DNA of 64,000 nucleotides, from positions 1,664,001-1,728,000 of the forward strand of contig OZ241456.1 of assembly GCA_965200875.1 (NCBI GenBank), in the 5' to 3' direction. The stretch is from Bdellovibrionales bacterium. GTDB lineage: Bacteria; Bdellovibrionota; Bdellovibrionia; Bdellovibrionales; UBA1609. Both the position numbers and the translations under genes were made by a program. Each line of letters starts with the position of its first letter. Position 1 is the stretch's first letter. Shown here piece after piece: positions 27,005-36,436 of the stretch. Below the pieces are notes generated by a model. That model was not told the origin of the DNA. It saw only the letters and a list, made by a program, of their open reading frames with translations, and searched no databases.

Positions 27005-28077
27005 TATTTAAATTTATCTCCAAAAAATGTGTTATTAGGAACAGGTGTTTTACTACTTTTAACAGAAGACAGGCCACCTGTTGAAGAAACATAAAGTTTT
27101 TTTCTATTTTGATGAATAGATCTTCGCTCTTCTTCCCACTCAGAAATTACAGGTCTTACGATTTGCTCTCCAAACATATCCTCAAGCCTTTTATGTAATT
27201 CAGATATATTTTCATTTTTCAAAGCTTCCAGTTGCTCACTCAGGTTTTCTATCCATCTCAAAAACCTTTTGTATAGGAAAGAATTTTCTTCCCATTTTTC
27301 GCTTAACAATTCTTCGGAATTGACTGGATTATATACATTTTTCATCTTATTTGTTTTTATAGCATCCACCACATTAATCATACTATCGAAAATACTTTCC
27401 GCTTTTTTATAATACATACCACACAATGTAGTTAAGATAATGCTTGGTGGAGATTGATCAGGGTGGGCTTTAAAGAAAATATCACGATGCCTTTTCATTA
27501 ATTGAACAATACACTGAAGGTTGTTTTTTTGAGAAGCTTGTTGATATTTAGGTAATGCTTCTATTTCTTTATCCACTTGATACTCTGAATCTGAAGAACC
27601 TCGTGTCTTAAACCACAAAGCATAACCCTTTGGATCACTGGGCAATAAGTTCAATAACTTTTTATCTGGTATCAATATTCTAGTAGATGAGGGGTTCTTT
27701 TTATCAGGACAAGCAGGCAAGATGTCAATATGAAAATTCTCTTTATAATTAAGGCGAACACATCTCTTTTTTTCTTCTACAAGGTCGCTATAATGACCAT
27801 TATTTTTTAGAAACTTCTTTATTAAAGTGAATAATTCAAAAGGATTTATAGTTGCTTCACAAACAAAATCGAGATCATATTCATTCTGACTAATTGGCCT
27901 AACCGTAGTTCCGATTGCGACCGAACCTTGAGGATATATTTCTACACCATTGAGTTCTGAACAACTTTCCAAATATTCAGATATATTTTTATAACGTTCT
28001 TTAAGTTTCTTATATAGTGATTCCGAAATGTTTAATTCTTCACATAATTTCATAAAAAAAGTATTAATGTTTAACAT
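27004..28077 (-). CDS. CBASS cGAS/DncV-like nucleotidyltransferase (CD-NTase)
   Basis: PQGS..GT.VRP..EYDLD, FHIDILP, SDPKGYA.WF, QLMKRHRD, C-terminal NTFFG-DKFK; AAGGAGG RBS. Confidence 0.92.
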   Translation of the reverse strand: MLNINTFFMKLCEELNISESLYKKLKERYKNISEYLESCSELNGVEIYPQGSVAIGTTVRPISQNEYDLDFVCEATINPFELFTLIKKFLKNNGHYSDLVEEKKRCVRLNYKENFHIDILPACPDKKNPSSTRILIPDKKLLNLLPSDPKGYALWFKTRGSSDSEYQVDKEIEALPKYQQASQKNNLQCIVQLMKRHRDIFFKAHPDQSPPSIILTTLCGMYYKKAESIFDSMINVVDAIKTNKMKNVYNPVNSEELLSEKWEENSFLYKRFLRWIENLSEQLEALKNENISELHKRLEDMFGEQIVRPVISEWEEERRSIHQNRKKLYVSSTGGLSSVKSSKTPVPNNTFFGDKFK

Positions 28078-28213
28078 ATATTTCCTCCTTATGATTTTCT
28101 TTTTTCATAACTTACCTTTCGTTTTAAAATTAGTTTCTTTGGAATTTTTGAGAAAACTCCAAGTAAAACATGTATCACTTTTTACGCTTGTCAAGTGCAC
28201 TCCAACTTTTTTT

Positions 28214-28378
28214 TTATTTTTCTGGATGTTGGTTTTTCTTTGTATTCTCCCACTTCTGAGCTGATGTTTGATTTGAAAAGCTCTTTTCCACTTTAAAGTT
28301 TCTCATCCCGGAAAATTCATTTTTTAATTCCCTTTCCCGTCTCTTGGGATCACTTGTAATCCCATATCTTTTTTTCAT
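28214..28378 (-). CDS. Small (54 aa) GIY-YIG-like protein, absent from the ORF track
   Basis: MKKRYGITSDPKRRERELKNEFSGMRNFKVEKSFSNQTSAQKWENTKKNQHPEK; AGGAG RBS; same strand as CBASS. Confidence 0.6.
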   Translation of the reverse strand: MKKRYGITSDPKRRERELKNEFSGMRNFKVEKSFSNQTSAQKWENTKKNQHPEK

Positions 28379-28547
28379 AGTAAATCTCCTTTTTTTTCAT
28401 TTTAAATTTAAAATCTTTTAGTTAATTTTTAATTAACTAAATAGTAATTCCGTAGTCAACAGAAAAATTATAAAAATGTGAATTTTCTCTTTCCATTCTG
28501 TAAATTTTATGATATATATAAAAATATAGTGTATAACTTGAGGTAAG

Positions 28548-28913
28548 ATGTTGAAATCACTTAAAAAAGATATCATTAAGAAAAGAATCTCCAGCGAGAG
28601 AAAAAAGCAAGGCTTGACACAAGCCCAGCTGGCTGAAAAAACAAAAGTCACCCCTGCTGCTATATGTCAAATCGAAAAGGGAGAACGCATCCCCACAATT
28701 CCTGTCTTGCATCGGATAGCACAGGTATTACAAGTCTCTCTGGATTATTTGGCTGGACAAAAGGATTCTATAGAGTTAAAAGACGCTTTACAGAATCAAG
28801 AATTAAAAACTTTTTTCAGAAAATACCAAAATCTTGATAAGGAAGATAAAAAATTTATTGAAAAATATGTCAAAGCAATGTCAAATCGGAAAGTGAACAA
28901 CAGTGCATCCTGA
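28548..28913 (+). CDS. XRE HTH regulator (CapH-like)
   Basis: GLTQAQLAE..AICQIEKGER.P..IA..L.VSLDYL; divergent from CBASS. Confidence 0.85.
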   Translation: MLKSLKKDIIKKRISSERKKQGLTQAQLAEKTKVTPAAICQIEKGERIPTIPVLHRIAQVLQVSLDYLAGQKDSIELKDALQNQELKTFFRKYQNLDKEDKKFIEKYVKAMSNRKVNNSAS

Positions 28914-29787
28914 AACAGAAGCTACAAATCTCTTACAAGAACTGGGAATAAATAAACTTCCAATTAATCCGGTAAAAATTATAAAGAAATTAAATATCCA
29001 AATAGCAGAACATAACTTCAACAGCATTGAAGGCTGTTTTATTTTTGATTCTTCCGGGAAAAGCACCTTTATAGGAGTCAATTCCAACATAAAAGAACAA
29101 AGTAGAAAAAACTTTACTTATGCCCACGAGCTTGGACATTATTGTTTACATGCTTTGAATGAAATTTTAACTGGTTGTCAAAAAAATGACATAAATAATG
29201 TTTCAAAAGGATTACATAAGACCGAAGTAGATGCAAACATATTCGCCAGTTATTTGTTACTCCCTGAGTTTTTGATAAAAAACAAAATCCAGAATATTAA
29301 TCAAGTCGATCCAAGCTGGAAATCACTTTCCAAATGGGCAAATTATACGGAAACATCTTTAATAACAATGGCCTGTCGATTTATTGAGTTAACTGATCAT
29401 ATATGTTTATTGGCTGTAATTGATCATAATAAAGTCATTAAGTATTTTAAAAAATCTCGAAACTGGGCTTTATATCTTGATATGGCCAGCCGATTTATAT
29501 CTCCTCAGTCTTACGCATACAAGGCCTTTAGTTCAAAAAGTATCCCTAATAATTTTGAATATGTACCAGCTAATTACTGGATATCAGATAGAAGATTGCC
29601 TTTTGATACTGAAATTTTAGAGTGGTCATTGCCTTTGAACTCATATGGAAATGTGCTAACTCTCCTTTGGGATAATGAGGACATTTTGGACAAATATGAA
29701 TCTGATGAAATTCTTTATAATAATAATGATAAAATAGCAGGTGTATGGAGTCCTCCCACTTTTCATAAGAGCAAAAGAAAATCTTAG
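28903..29787 (+). CDS. ImmA/IrrE metallopeptidase (CapP-like)
   Basis: FTYAHELGH, EVDANIFASYLLLP; overlaps the HTH gene. Confidence 0.87.
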   Translation: MHPETEATNLLQELGINKLPINPVKIIKKLNIQIAEHNFNSIEGCFIFDSSGKSTFIGVNSNIKEQSRKNFTYAHELGHYCLHALNEILTGCQKNDINNVSKGLHKTEVDANIFASYLLLPEFLIKNKIQNINQVDPSWKSLSKWANYTETSLITMACRFIELTDHICLLAVIDHNKVIKYFKKSRNWALYLDMASRFISPQSYAYKAFSSKSIPNNFEYVPANYWISDRRLPFDTEILEWSLPLNSYGNVLTLLWDNEDILDKYESDEILYNNNDKIAGVWSPPTFHKSKRKS

Positions 29788-29867
29788 CTTAAAATAAAAA
29801 ATAATCATTAAAAGTCACTGGGAATTAAGCTGAAGATTAAATATCACAAAAAAATATAAAGAAACGC

Positions 29868-29893
29868 TAATTATAGTATGTAGAATTATAGTA
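29868..29893 (+). promoter_or_regulatory. C-box operator pair for the R-M controller protein
   Basis: TAATTATAGTA-TGTA-GAATTATAGTA: two 11-bp TATA-centred boxes at 15-bp period with central GT, 28 bp upstream of the C gene. Confidence 0.65.
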
Positions 29894-29921
29894 TGCCATG
29901 CTTTACATTTAATTTTACATT

Positions 29922-30140
29922 ATGAGTAAAAGCATTCTAAAGAAATTTGGGAAACGAGTAAAAAAAGAAAGATTGAAACAAAATCTTTCTCAAGAAGAAC
30001 TTGCGGAAAAAGCTGGAGTACATCGCACTTATATTGGAATGATTGAAAGAGCAGAAAAAAATATCACACTTCAGAATATAGAAAAAATTGCCAAGGCTCT
30101 TCATATTTCGCTCGATAAATTAATGGATTTAGAAAAATAA
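29922..30140 (+). CDS. R-M controller (C) protein
   Basis: SQEELA..AGVHRTYIGMIERAEKNITL; directly upstream of the REase gene. Confidence 0.85.
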   Translation: MSKSILKKFGKRVKKERLKQNLSQEELAEKAGVHRTYIGMIERAEKNITLQNIEKIAKALHISLDKLMDLEK

Positions 30141-30257
30141 AATTGGTTTGATTTTGAATTTTTGCACTTTACAGGCATAAAAATTATTTATTAATGTTGA
30201 ACTAAAAAACCTTGAAGAACTTTTATCTTACTTCATTTAAAACAGGTATAAAATACT

Positions 30258-30854
30258 ATGGGAAAAAAAGAGTTAAAAAAAAGAAAAATGTGGCAAGACA
30301 CCAGCGGGAAAAAAGCTGAAATTACAGAGAACATTTTTTATAATGTATTTTTAAAAGAATTTAAAAACTCAGACCTAAAAATACGCTCGAAACCGAAAGA
30401 ATTAAAAAATATTTATGCCAATATAAAGTTAAAAAAAAGAGTCTTAACAGATATTTATAATCCAAATAAAATATGGACACATGGAATTCTTCCAGATTTT
30501 GCCATAGATAACATTAAAACCAATAAAACATTATATGTAGAAGTTAAAAGACAAGATGGCTGGGTGGAAGATAAGCCACCAAGTGCAGGCAGAGGAAATG
30601 CACACGAAAGATCATGTAAATTTTTTACTCCAGGGTTATTGAAAATATTAAGGCAATATGGAAAAATCAAACCTCCGGCTTTACCATTTTGGATTGTATT
30701 TCAAGGTGATATTGCACGTGATCCAAAGCGTGTAAGAGAAATCACTTATTGGTATGCTGACTATTTTGCCCATTTCTTTATGTGGAGTAACTCAACAAGT
30801 AACCAATTACTAATTGATCACTTTAACAAAAAACTTAAACATCTTTTACTTTAG
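30258..30854 (+). CDS. Type II restriction endonuclease, MunI family (predicted CAATTG)
   Basis: PDFAI..EVKRQDGWVE.K.PSAGRGNAHERSCK.FTPGLLK..RDPKRVREIT matches my recollection of R.MunI. Confidence 0.88.
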   Translation: MGKKELKKRKMWQDTSGKKAEITENIFYNVFLKEFKNSDLKIRSKPKELKNIYANIKLKKRVLTDIYNPNKIWTHGILPDFAIDNIKTNKTLYVEVKRQDGWVEDKPPSAGRGNAHERSCKFFTPGLLKILRQYGKIKPPALPFWIVFQGDIARDPKRVREITYWYADYFAHFFMWSNSTSNQLLIDHFNKKLKHLLL

Positions 30855-30872
30855 TATAAAAACAAAAGACAT

Positions 30873-31610
30873 TTAAAGATTAGATAAATGTAGTTGATCA
30901 AAACCCACTTGACTATCTGGGTTTGATGGATTTGATATAGGTTGTTTTGTACAAGGTTGCTTTATCACATCCAGACCCCATACTGTCCAACCTCTGATTT
31001 TTTTTCTGGCAAATAGCTCAATACGTTTCTGGCTGGGAAACATCTTTTCTATCCCTCGGATTACTTCTTCTGGTTTTTCACTATGTGCTCTCCTTGGACT
31101 TCGGATCAATTGTTGAATATTTCTAGCTCCTCTTGGTTTTGGAATTCTACCTCGTTTAAACACTAGGCATAACTCACAGTTTGAAAGAGTGTATTGACCA
31201 GGATTGTGATTCATCTTATCCCAAACAAATGCAACAGTTTTATACTCAAACCCCCAAGCTTTTCCTAATTCTATAGCTTGAGCTAAATGGGGATTTGTTG
31301 ACCACATAAATAATAAACAATCCTCTTTTGCTATTTTTGTTACAGGTATTTTTATCAAATCATTAATTTTTAATGTGGGATATTTAAAATCAGATGTGCT
31401 AATAAATATTTTTTTTGATAAATTAATTTTTTCTTTACTTCTGCTGGTTTTATCATATTGCAATTTTCCATTGTAATGCCACGGCGGATCTGCATAAATT
31501 ATGTCAAATTTTTTATTGGGTAGCTTAGGATACAGAGCAGGCAGGGAGCTTTTTACAACCCTCCTCTTAACATCCTTAATATAAATTGAATATCCTGTTT
31601 GCTTATTCAT
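30873..31610 (-). CDS. MT-A70 family adenine methyltransferase (M.MunI-like)
   Basis: IYADPPW, LFMW, WGFEYKT, HSEKP, RIELFAR. Confidence 0.9.
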   Translation of the reverse strand: MNKQTGYSIYIKDVKRRVVKSSLPALYPKLPNKKFDIIYADPPWHYNGKLQYDKTSRSKEKINLSKKIFISTSDFKYPTLKINDLIKIPVTKIAKEDCLLFMWSTNPHLAQAIELGKAWGFEYKTVAFVWDKMNHNPGQYTLSNCELCLVFKRGRIPKPRGARNIQQLIRSPRRAHSEKPEEVIRGIEKMFPSQKRIELFARKKIRGWTVWGLDVIKQPCTKQPISNPSNPDSQVGFDQLHLSNL

Positions 31611-31813
31611 AGTTGTATTTTTTGTTAACTTTTAAATTAAAATATTATATACTGATATTTTCTGTCAAGTTTTTTTATCTTCTGAGTAGTTGGGTAGGTA
31701 TGTTCAGTCAAGTGAATCGCTTGATACATCTCAAAGATCGGGTTTTGCTTAAAGTTATGAATACCGGCGAGGGAATTCTCGAAAAATATCAACAGAGACT
31801 TTTTCATACTGGA

Positions 31814-32806
31814 CTAGTTTATAAATTGATTAAGCACTGTTAAAATTTCCTGTTTAGGATTTTTTGTGTAATCACTTAACAAAGCACCGGAAGAGTTTTT
31901 ATGTCCGCCACCGTTAAAGACTTCAGCGATTTTGGACACATCCCACTTCTTGCTTCTGAAGCTTAATTTATATTTATTTTGTGATAAATTGACAATTAAA
32001 ACAGATATCTGAGTGGAATTTACTTCCAAAGTCATATCCAGAAAATCACAAGCATCTTCTATATTGAGTTTGTGTTCACTCAGTTCCTCTTCCGTAAGCT
32101 CTATAACAGCCACTTTACCTTGATAAAAATATTCCGTTTGTTCAATAGTTTGGGAGAGCATGTTCATTTTTTCTAGGGAAGTGATGCCAAATAATTGATT
32201 GTAAATATTTTCATTGTTTTGAATGTATTGGCAAAGCTCAGCACAAATTGTATGGGATCGTCCGGAATTTTTTATAAAATGAAACCTTTGTGTGTCAAAC
32301 ACGATACTCATATATAAAGCCGTCGCTATTTTTTCATCCAAACCGATTCCCATTTCCTTTAGCAAAGAGTAGCAAATTTCTCCTGTACTGGCTGAGGAGA
32401 TATCCACTAGGGAATGTGCAGTGGGTTTCGGTCCTGATTCCAATATGGGATGGTGGTCAATGTAAATAATTTCTTGGCACTTTTTCTCCAACTCCTGATA
32501 AAGTGGTTGAATCCGTCTACAGTCATTTGTGTCGAACACCAAAGCCAATTCCGTATCTGAAATGGGGGTATTCAGCTTATCAAAATTTTCTGTATGTTTT
32601 TCCGGGGATAAAAAATGGTATTTTTTAGAAACTTTATCCACAGTTATAGCCCGAACCGATTTATGGATTTTACGAAGACCATGATAGATCCCCAGCAAAG
32701 AACCTAAACCGTCTCCATCGCACATTTTATGTGTAGTTAATATAAGGTTTTTTGCGGAATGAATTTTGCGGGTGAGGGTTTTGAGTTTAGCTTCCATATC
32801 AGACAT
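31814..32806 (-). CDS. DHH/DHHA1 phosphoesterase (NrnA-like)
   Basis: H..DGDGLGS, IDHH, FDT, SFRS, GGGH. Confidence 0.9.
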   Translation of the reverse strand: MSDMEAKLKTLTRKIHSAKNLILTTHKMCDGDGLGSLLGIYHGLRKIHKSVRAITVDKVSKKYHFLSPEKHTENFDKLNTPISDTELALVFDTNDCRRIQPLYQELEKKCQEIIYIDHHPILESGPKPTAHSLVDISSASTGEICYSLLKEMGIGLDEKIATALYMSIVFDTQRFHFIKNSGRSHTICAELCQYIQNNENIYNQLFGITSLEKMNMLSQTIEQTEYFYQGKVAVIELTEEELSEHKLNIEDACDFLDMTLEVNSTQISVLIVNLSQNKYKLSFRSKKWDVSKIAEVFNGGGHKNSSGALLSDYTKNPKQEILTVLNQFIN

Positions 32807-33241
32807 CTCTGCTTGTTAATACCGCGGATTTTTTGCCGAGGAAGTTTCCAATATGAGACTTTTCCACTCCATGACAAACCGCCAAAGGATATTTTGATGC
32901 TTTGGTTTGCTCTAAGTTTAACAAACTTTTTTTTCAAGGACTAAGAAAAAAATCAAACTGAGATATGGTAATCAAGCAGAAGACTGGAGAAATGTTTTCC
33001 CGAAGAGCAAGTGAAAAGAGCAAAATCAGGGATTTTTGGCTCTAAAATTTCACACCGGAGATTTTTCTTTGGAAAATAAATTTCTGTTCAAACTTTGAAG
33101 ATCCAACCAGCTTAATATAAATATATAGTAATTACAAATACTTATAAAGTTTTTTGCTAATTTTCCTTAAAAATAAGCTTTCCACTCTTGCCTTAGGATA
33201 ATTTTTAAATAATATATAGGTTTTTTAATGGAGAAGAAGAA

Positions 33242-33727
33242 ATGTCCAATAACAAAAGAAAGCCCATGACTGTTCATGGCAAAACCTTGTTGGAAAAAGA
33301 GTTACAGCATTTGGTGAAAGTGGAAAGACCTAAAATTATTTCCGCGATTGAAGTAGCACGCGGGCATGGAGATCTCAGCGAAAACGCAGATTATTCAGCT
33401 GCTAAAGAGCGACAGGCTCATATTGAAGGCAAAATTGCCTCTATCAGTGATGCTCTGGGCAATGCAGATGTGGTGGATCCCTCTCAAATCAGCTCTGATA
33501 AAGTGACTTTTGGAGCTTATGTGTGTTTGCAGGATGAAGATACAAAGCAAAAAAAAACTTATCAAATAGTGGGAGAGGATGAAGCGGATGTGAATCAAGG
33601 AAAAATTTCCATAAATTCTCCTTTGGCTCGCAGTCTTATTGGTCGCAAAAAAGGTGAGGAATTTGAATTTCAAAGCCCGCGGAGTGGAGAAAAAATTTAC
33701 TGTATTCTGGATTTTTACTTTAAATAA
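33242..33727 (+). CDS. greA: Transcription elongation factor GreA
   Basis: GDLSENADY, YQIVGEDEAD, ISINSPLARSL. Confidence 0.96.
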   Translation: MSNNKRKPMTVHGKTLLEKELQHLVKVERPKIISAIEVARGHGDLSENADYSAAKERQAHIEGKIASISDALGNADVVDPSQISSDKVTFGAYVCLQDEDTKQKKTYQIVGEDEADVNQGKISINSPLARSLIGRKKGEEFEFQSPRSGEKIYCILDFYFK

Positions 33728-33805
33728 TCCTCCTAGAAAATTTTATTCTCTTTTTGTTCGCGTTATTGAATGACATCTTCTCTGTTTTTAATTTATGTGT
33801 AACTA

Positions 33806-35365
33806 ATGAAAGTTTTTTGGTTAAAGCTCTTTGCGATTTTAATGGCAGTGGCTTTGTCTTTTTCTGTTTTTTTGTCCTGGTTTTTTGCAGGCTTGGAGAG
33901 CCGAAATTTTAATCGTCAAAGTCAATCTTATCTGTCTAAGCAGTTTTCTCTTCTTTACAGGGATATTCAGCTTTCTTTAAAAAAAAACAGTTTATCCTCT
34001 TTTGCCAGCTTGCAAAAAATCATTTCTTTTTATTCCTCAAAACCGACTAAAAATTCAAAGCTATTCTCTAAATCAGCACCAGAAATTTCACAAATAAGCA
34101 TAATAAATGAATCGGGTATTGTATTGGCGCATTCTGAACCCTCTTACAAAAAAAATGCACTGTCACGCTCCTCTCCGTTTCTGTCTTTAATCCGGGAATA
34201 CCCTAAAGGATGGAATCAGATTGATAAAACTTCCTCTCCCTCTGTAATCACCATAGCCAAACCGGTTGTCATCTCCTCTACAAGATATTTTGTTACTTTG
34301 CATCATCCAGCAAAAAAAACGACAGATTTATTTGTTTCTTATTTTAAATGGACTTTGTTGTTTGGCAGTGTTTTTTTCATGGTTTTGTGTTTGATGATCT
34401 TTTTATATTTAAAATCATTAGCTGACGCCAAGGATTTTTTGCTGAGGGTTTTTGGAGCACGAAGTTTTCTCCCAAAAACCAAGAAAGGTACTGCATTATC
34501 TTTCCCTAAAGAATCAGAACGAAAAAAAGCTCTTTCTCACTTGGCCCGAACTGAAAATACTTATTTAAAAAGCATTCGTCCAAGCTTGGTTTCTTTTCTA
34601 CAGGCAAACCAAAAACCACCAGAGAAAATGAATTTTTCTGAACTTTCATTTTCTGACATTGTGGATAAAGCGATTTTTCAAAGCCGGTTGATGTATCCTG
34701 ATTTAAAGATAGAACGGGAAATAACTGCCGATATTAAACTCCCTGTGTTTGCTGATAAATTGTTTCAAGTGCTTTGGGAGCTGATTAAAAATGGATTTCA
34801 AGCTCTCCAAGAAAGGCAAGAAAGGGAAATACACTTGAATAACGGAAAAAATGCTGAACTAAACGGTTCAAAAGCCCTGCCCAGTGATAAGAAAATACAC
34901 TTGAATAACGGAAAAAATGCTGAACAGGCAGACATATATTCAGCCAAAGAGGAAACTGCCACCAAAACGGAAAATCCAGCCAAAAAGGTTTCCCAGCAAA
35001 AGAGCCTGAAAATTCGTACATTCAAAAAACAGAATAAATGGTTTTGTTGTGAAGTGGAAGACGAAGGCCCTGGAATGACCAGAACTATGATGGAAAAAGC
35101 AAGCCAGCTCTATTTTACAACAAAAAAAAACTCAACAGGCTTAGGACTGCCGTTCATTCAATCTGTTTTGTCCCGGATAGGAGGGATAATGAAACTGCAA
35201 TCTTCCGAAAAAAGAGGTCTTAAAGTTTCCCTTTTTATTCCTTTGGATTATATTACCCATATACAGTTTTTAAAGGAAACAGGTGCAGAAAATCAGAGAA
35301 CAGGCGCGGAAAATCAAAAAACTGGAACAGAAAGAAGAAATAGTGATCACAAAGTAAGAGTTTAA
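33806..35365 (+). CDS. Membrane sensor with HATPase_c domain; H-box apparently degenerate
   Basis: Two TMs with Cache-like loop; ELIKNG, EDEGPGM, FTTK..GLGL. Confidence 0.8.
   Translation: MKVFWLKLFAILMAVALSFSVFLSWFFAGLESRNFNRQSQSYLSKQFSLLYRDIQLSLKKNSLSSFASLQKIISFYSSKPTKNSKLFSKSAPEISQISIINESGIVLAHSEPSYKKNALSRSSPFLSLIREYPKGWNQIDKTSSPSVITIAKPVVISSTRYFVTLHHPAKKTTDLFVSYFKWTLLFGSVFFMVLCLMIFLYLKSLADAKDFLLRVFGARSFLPKTKKGTALSFPKESERKKALSHLARTENTYLKSIRPSLVSFLQANQKPPEKMNFSELSFSDIVDKAIFQSRLMYPDLKIEREITADIKLPVFADKLFQVLWELIKNGFQALQERQEREIHLNNGKNAELNGSKALPSDKKIHLNNGKNAEQADIYSAKEETATKTENPAKKVSQQKSLKIRTFKKQNKWFCCEVEDEGPGMTRTMMEKASQLYFTTKKNSTGLGLPFIQSVLSRIGGIMKLQSSEKRGLKVSLFIPLDYITHIQFLKETGAENQRTGAENQKTGTERRNSDHKVRV
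34827..34925. repeat. 33-bp in-frame direct repeat (66-bp period) inside the HATPase domain
   Basis: AAATACACTTGAATAACGGAAAAAATGCTGAAC at 34827-34859 and 34893-34925 (IHLNNGKNAE x2). Confidence 0.9.
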
Positions 35366-35386
35366 CTTTTATAAAGGAAAAAAACA

Positions 35387-36436
35387 TTGAGTCAAAATCA
35401 TACAAACCCACAACACCCTAGAAGGGAAAAGCCTCAAAATGCCGGTTCTTCTTTTGCTGATTGGATAGAAAAACTGAAGAAAAAAAATTCTGTTTCTTCC
35501 GCTCTAGATTTTTTTATTAAAACCTCCGATTTTCCCATATCATATTTTGAGTACCAAAGTGAAAAGGGCTGGCTTTCTTTAAAATACAGTAATTGTTTTT
35601 CGCTTAAAGACCCTCTTTGTCTGCGGTTATTTGAATCCGACTCCAATTTTGAACCAAGTAAGCTTTATAACCCAAAACAAATACCGGTTTTTCACTCACA
35701 TCTTAAGGAATGGTTTGAAGAAAAAGAATATCAGTGTTTTCCGTTTGTATTTAATAAAAAAGTGATAGGAATTTTTGTGTATTTATCAGGATCTTGTATA
35801 GAAAAAGAACATTTTTTTGTCTTAAACAGCCATATAAAAAATTTTTTATGGGAGGAAAAATGGGAGATGGAAAACTTAAGGGATGAGTTGACAAATGGTC
35901 TGAATAAAAAAGCTTTTCTTCAACGGCTTTTTGTTGAGGTAGCCCGCGCTAGGAGATTAAGTCTACCTTTGAGTCTTACTATATTGCGACTGGATCAATT
36001 TGAAACTTTGAAATCTGTCTATGGTTCTTATAAGCCGGAATTATTTATAAAATCCCTTATGAATAATTTTGTAAAAGACAGTCGCCTTTATGATATTTTT
36101 GGCTACTGGCCAGAGGGTTATTTAGGTCTGATGTTACCTCATACTTCTGAAAGAGGAGCCAGCCTGAAAGTGGAAAAAATGAGGTGGTCTGTTCAGTCCG
36201 CGGATTTTTTAAAAGTATTTCCCTCTCATGGTCGGCTGACCCTGAGTGCAGGGTTGGCAGAATATCCCCGTGTAAATCGCTCAGCGGAAAGTCTTTTTCG
36301 ATCAACTTTGAAAGCCCTAGCTTTTGCAGAAGGGGAAGGAGGAGGAAATATAACGGCTGTGGCCACTCCACCTGTGGGATTTAAGCCGGACTTTCCTGCA
36401 CAAAATATTGTAAACCCTTTGAGGGATTTAACTTGA
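35387..36436 (+). CDS. Degenerate GGDEF-domain protein
   Basis: DELTNGLN, LSL..LRLDQF, LTLSAGLAEY; active-site position reads GYWPEGY rather than RxGGD/EEF. Confidence 0.8.
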   Translation: MSQNHTNPQHPRREKPQNAGSSFADWIEKLKKKNSVSSALDFFIKTSDFPISYFEYQSEKGWLSLKYSNCFSLKDPLCLRLFESDSNFEPSKLYNPKQIPVFHSHLKEWFEEKEYQCFPFVFNKKVIGIFVYLSGSCIEKEHFFVLNSHIKNFLWEEKWEMENLRDELTNGLNKKAFLQRLFVEVARARRLSLPLSLTILRLDQFETLKSVYGSYKPELFIKSLMNNFVKDSRLYDIFGYWPEGYLGLMLPHTSERGASLKVEKMRWSVQSADFLKVFPSHGRLTLSAGLAEYPRVNRSAESLFRSTLKALAFAEGEGGGNITAVATPPVGFKPDFPAQNIVNPLRDLT

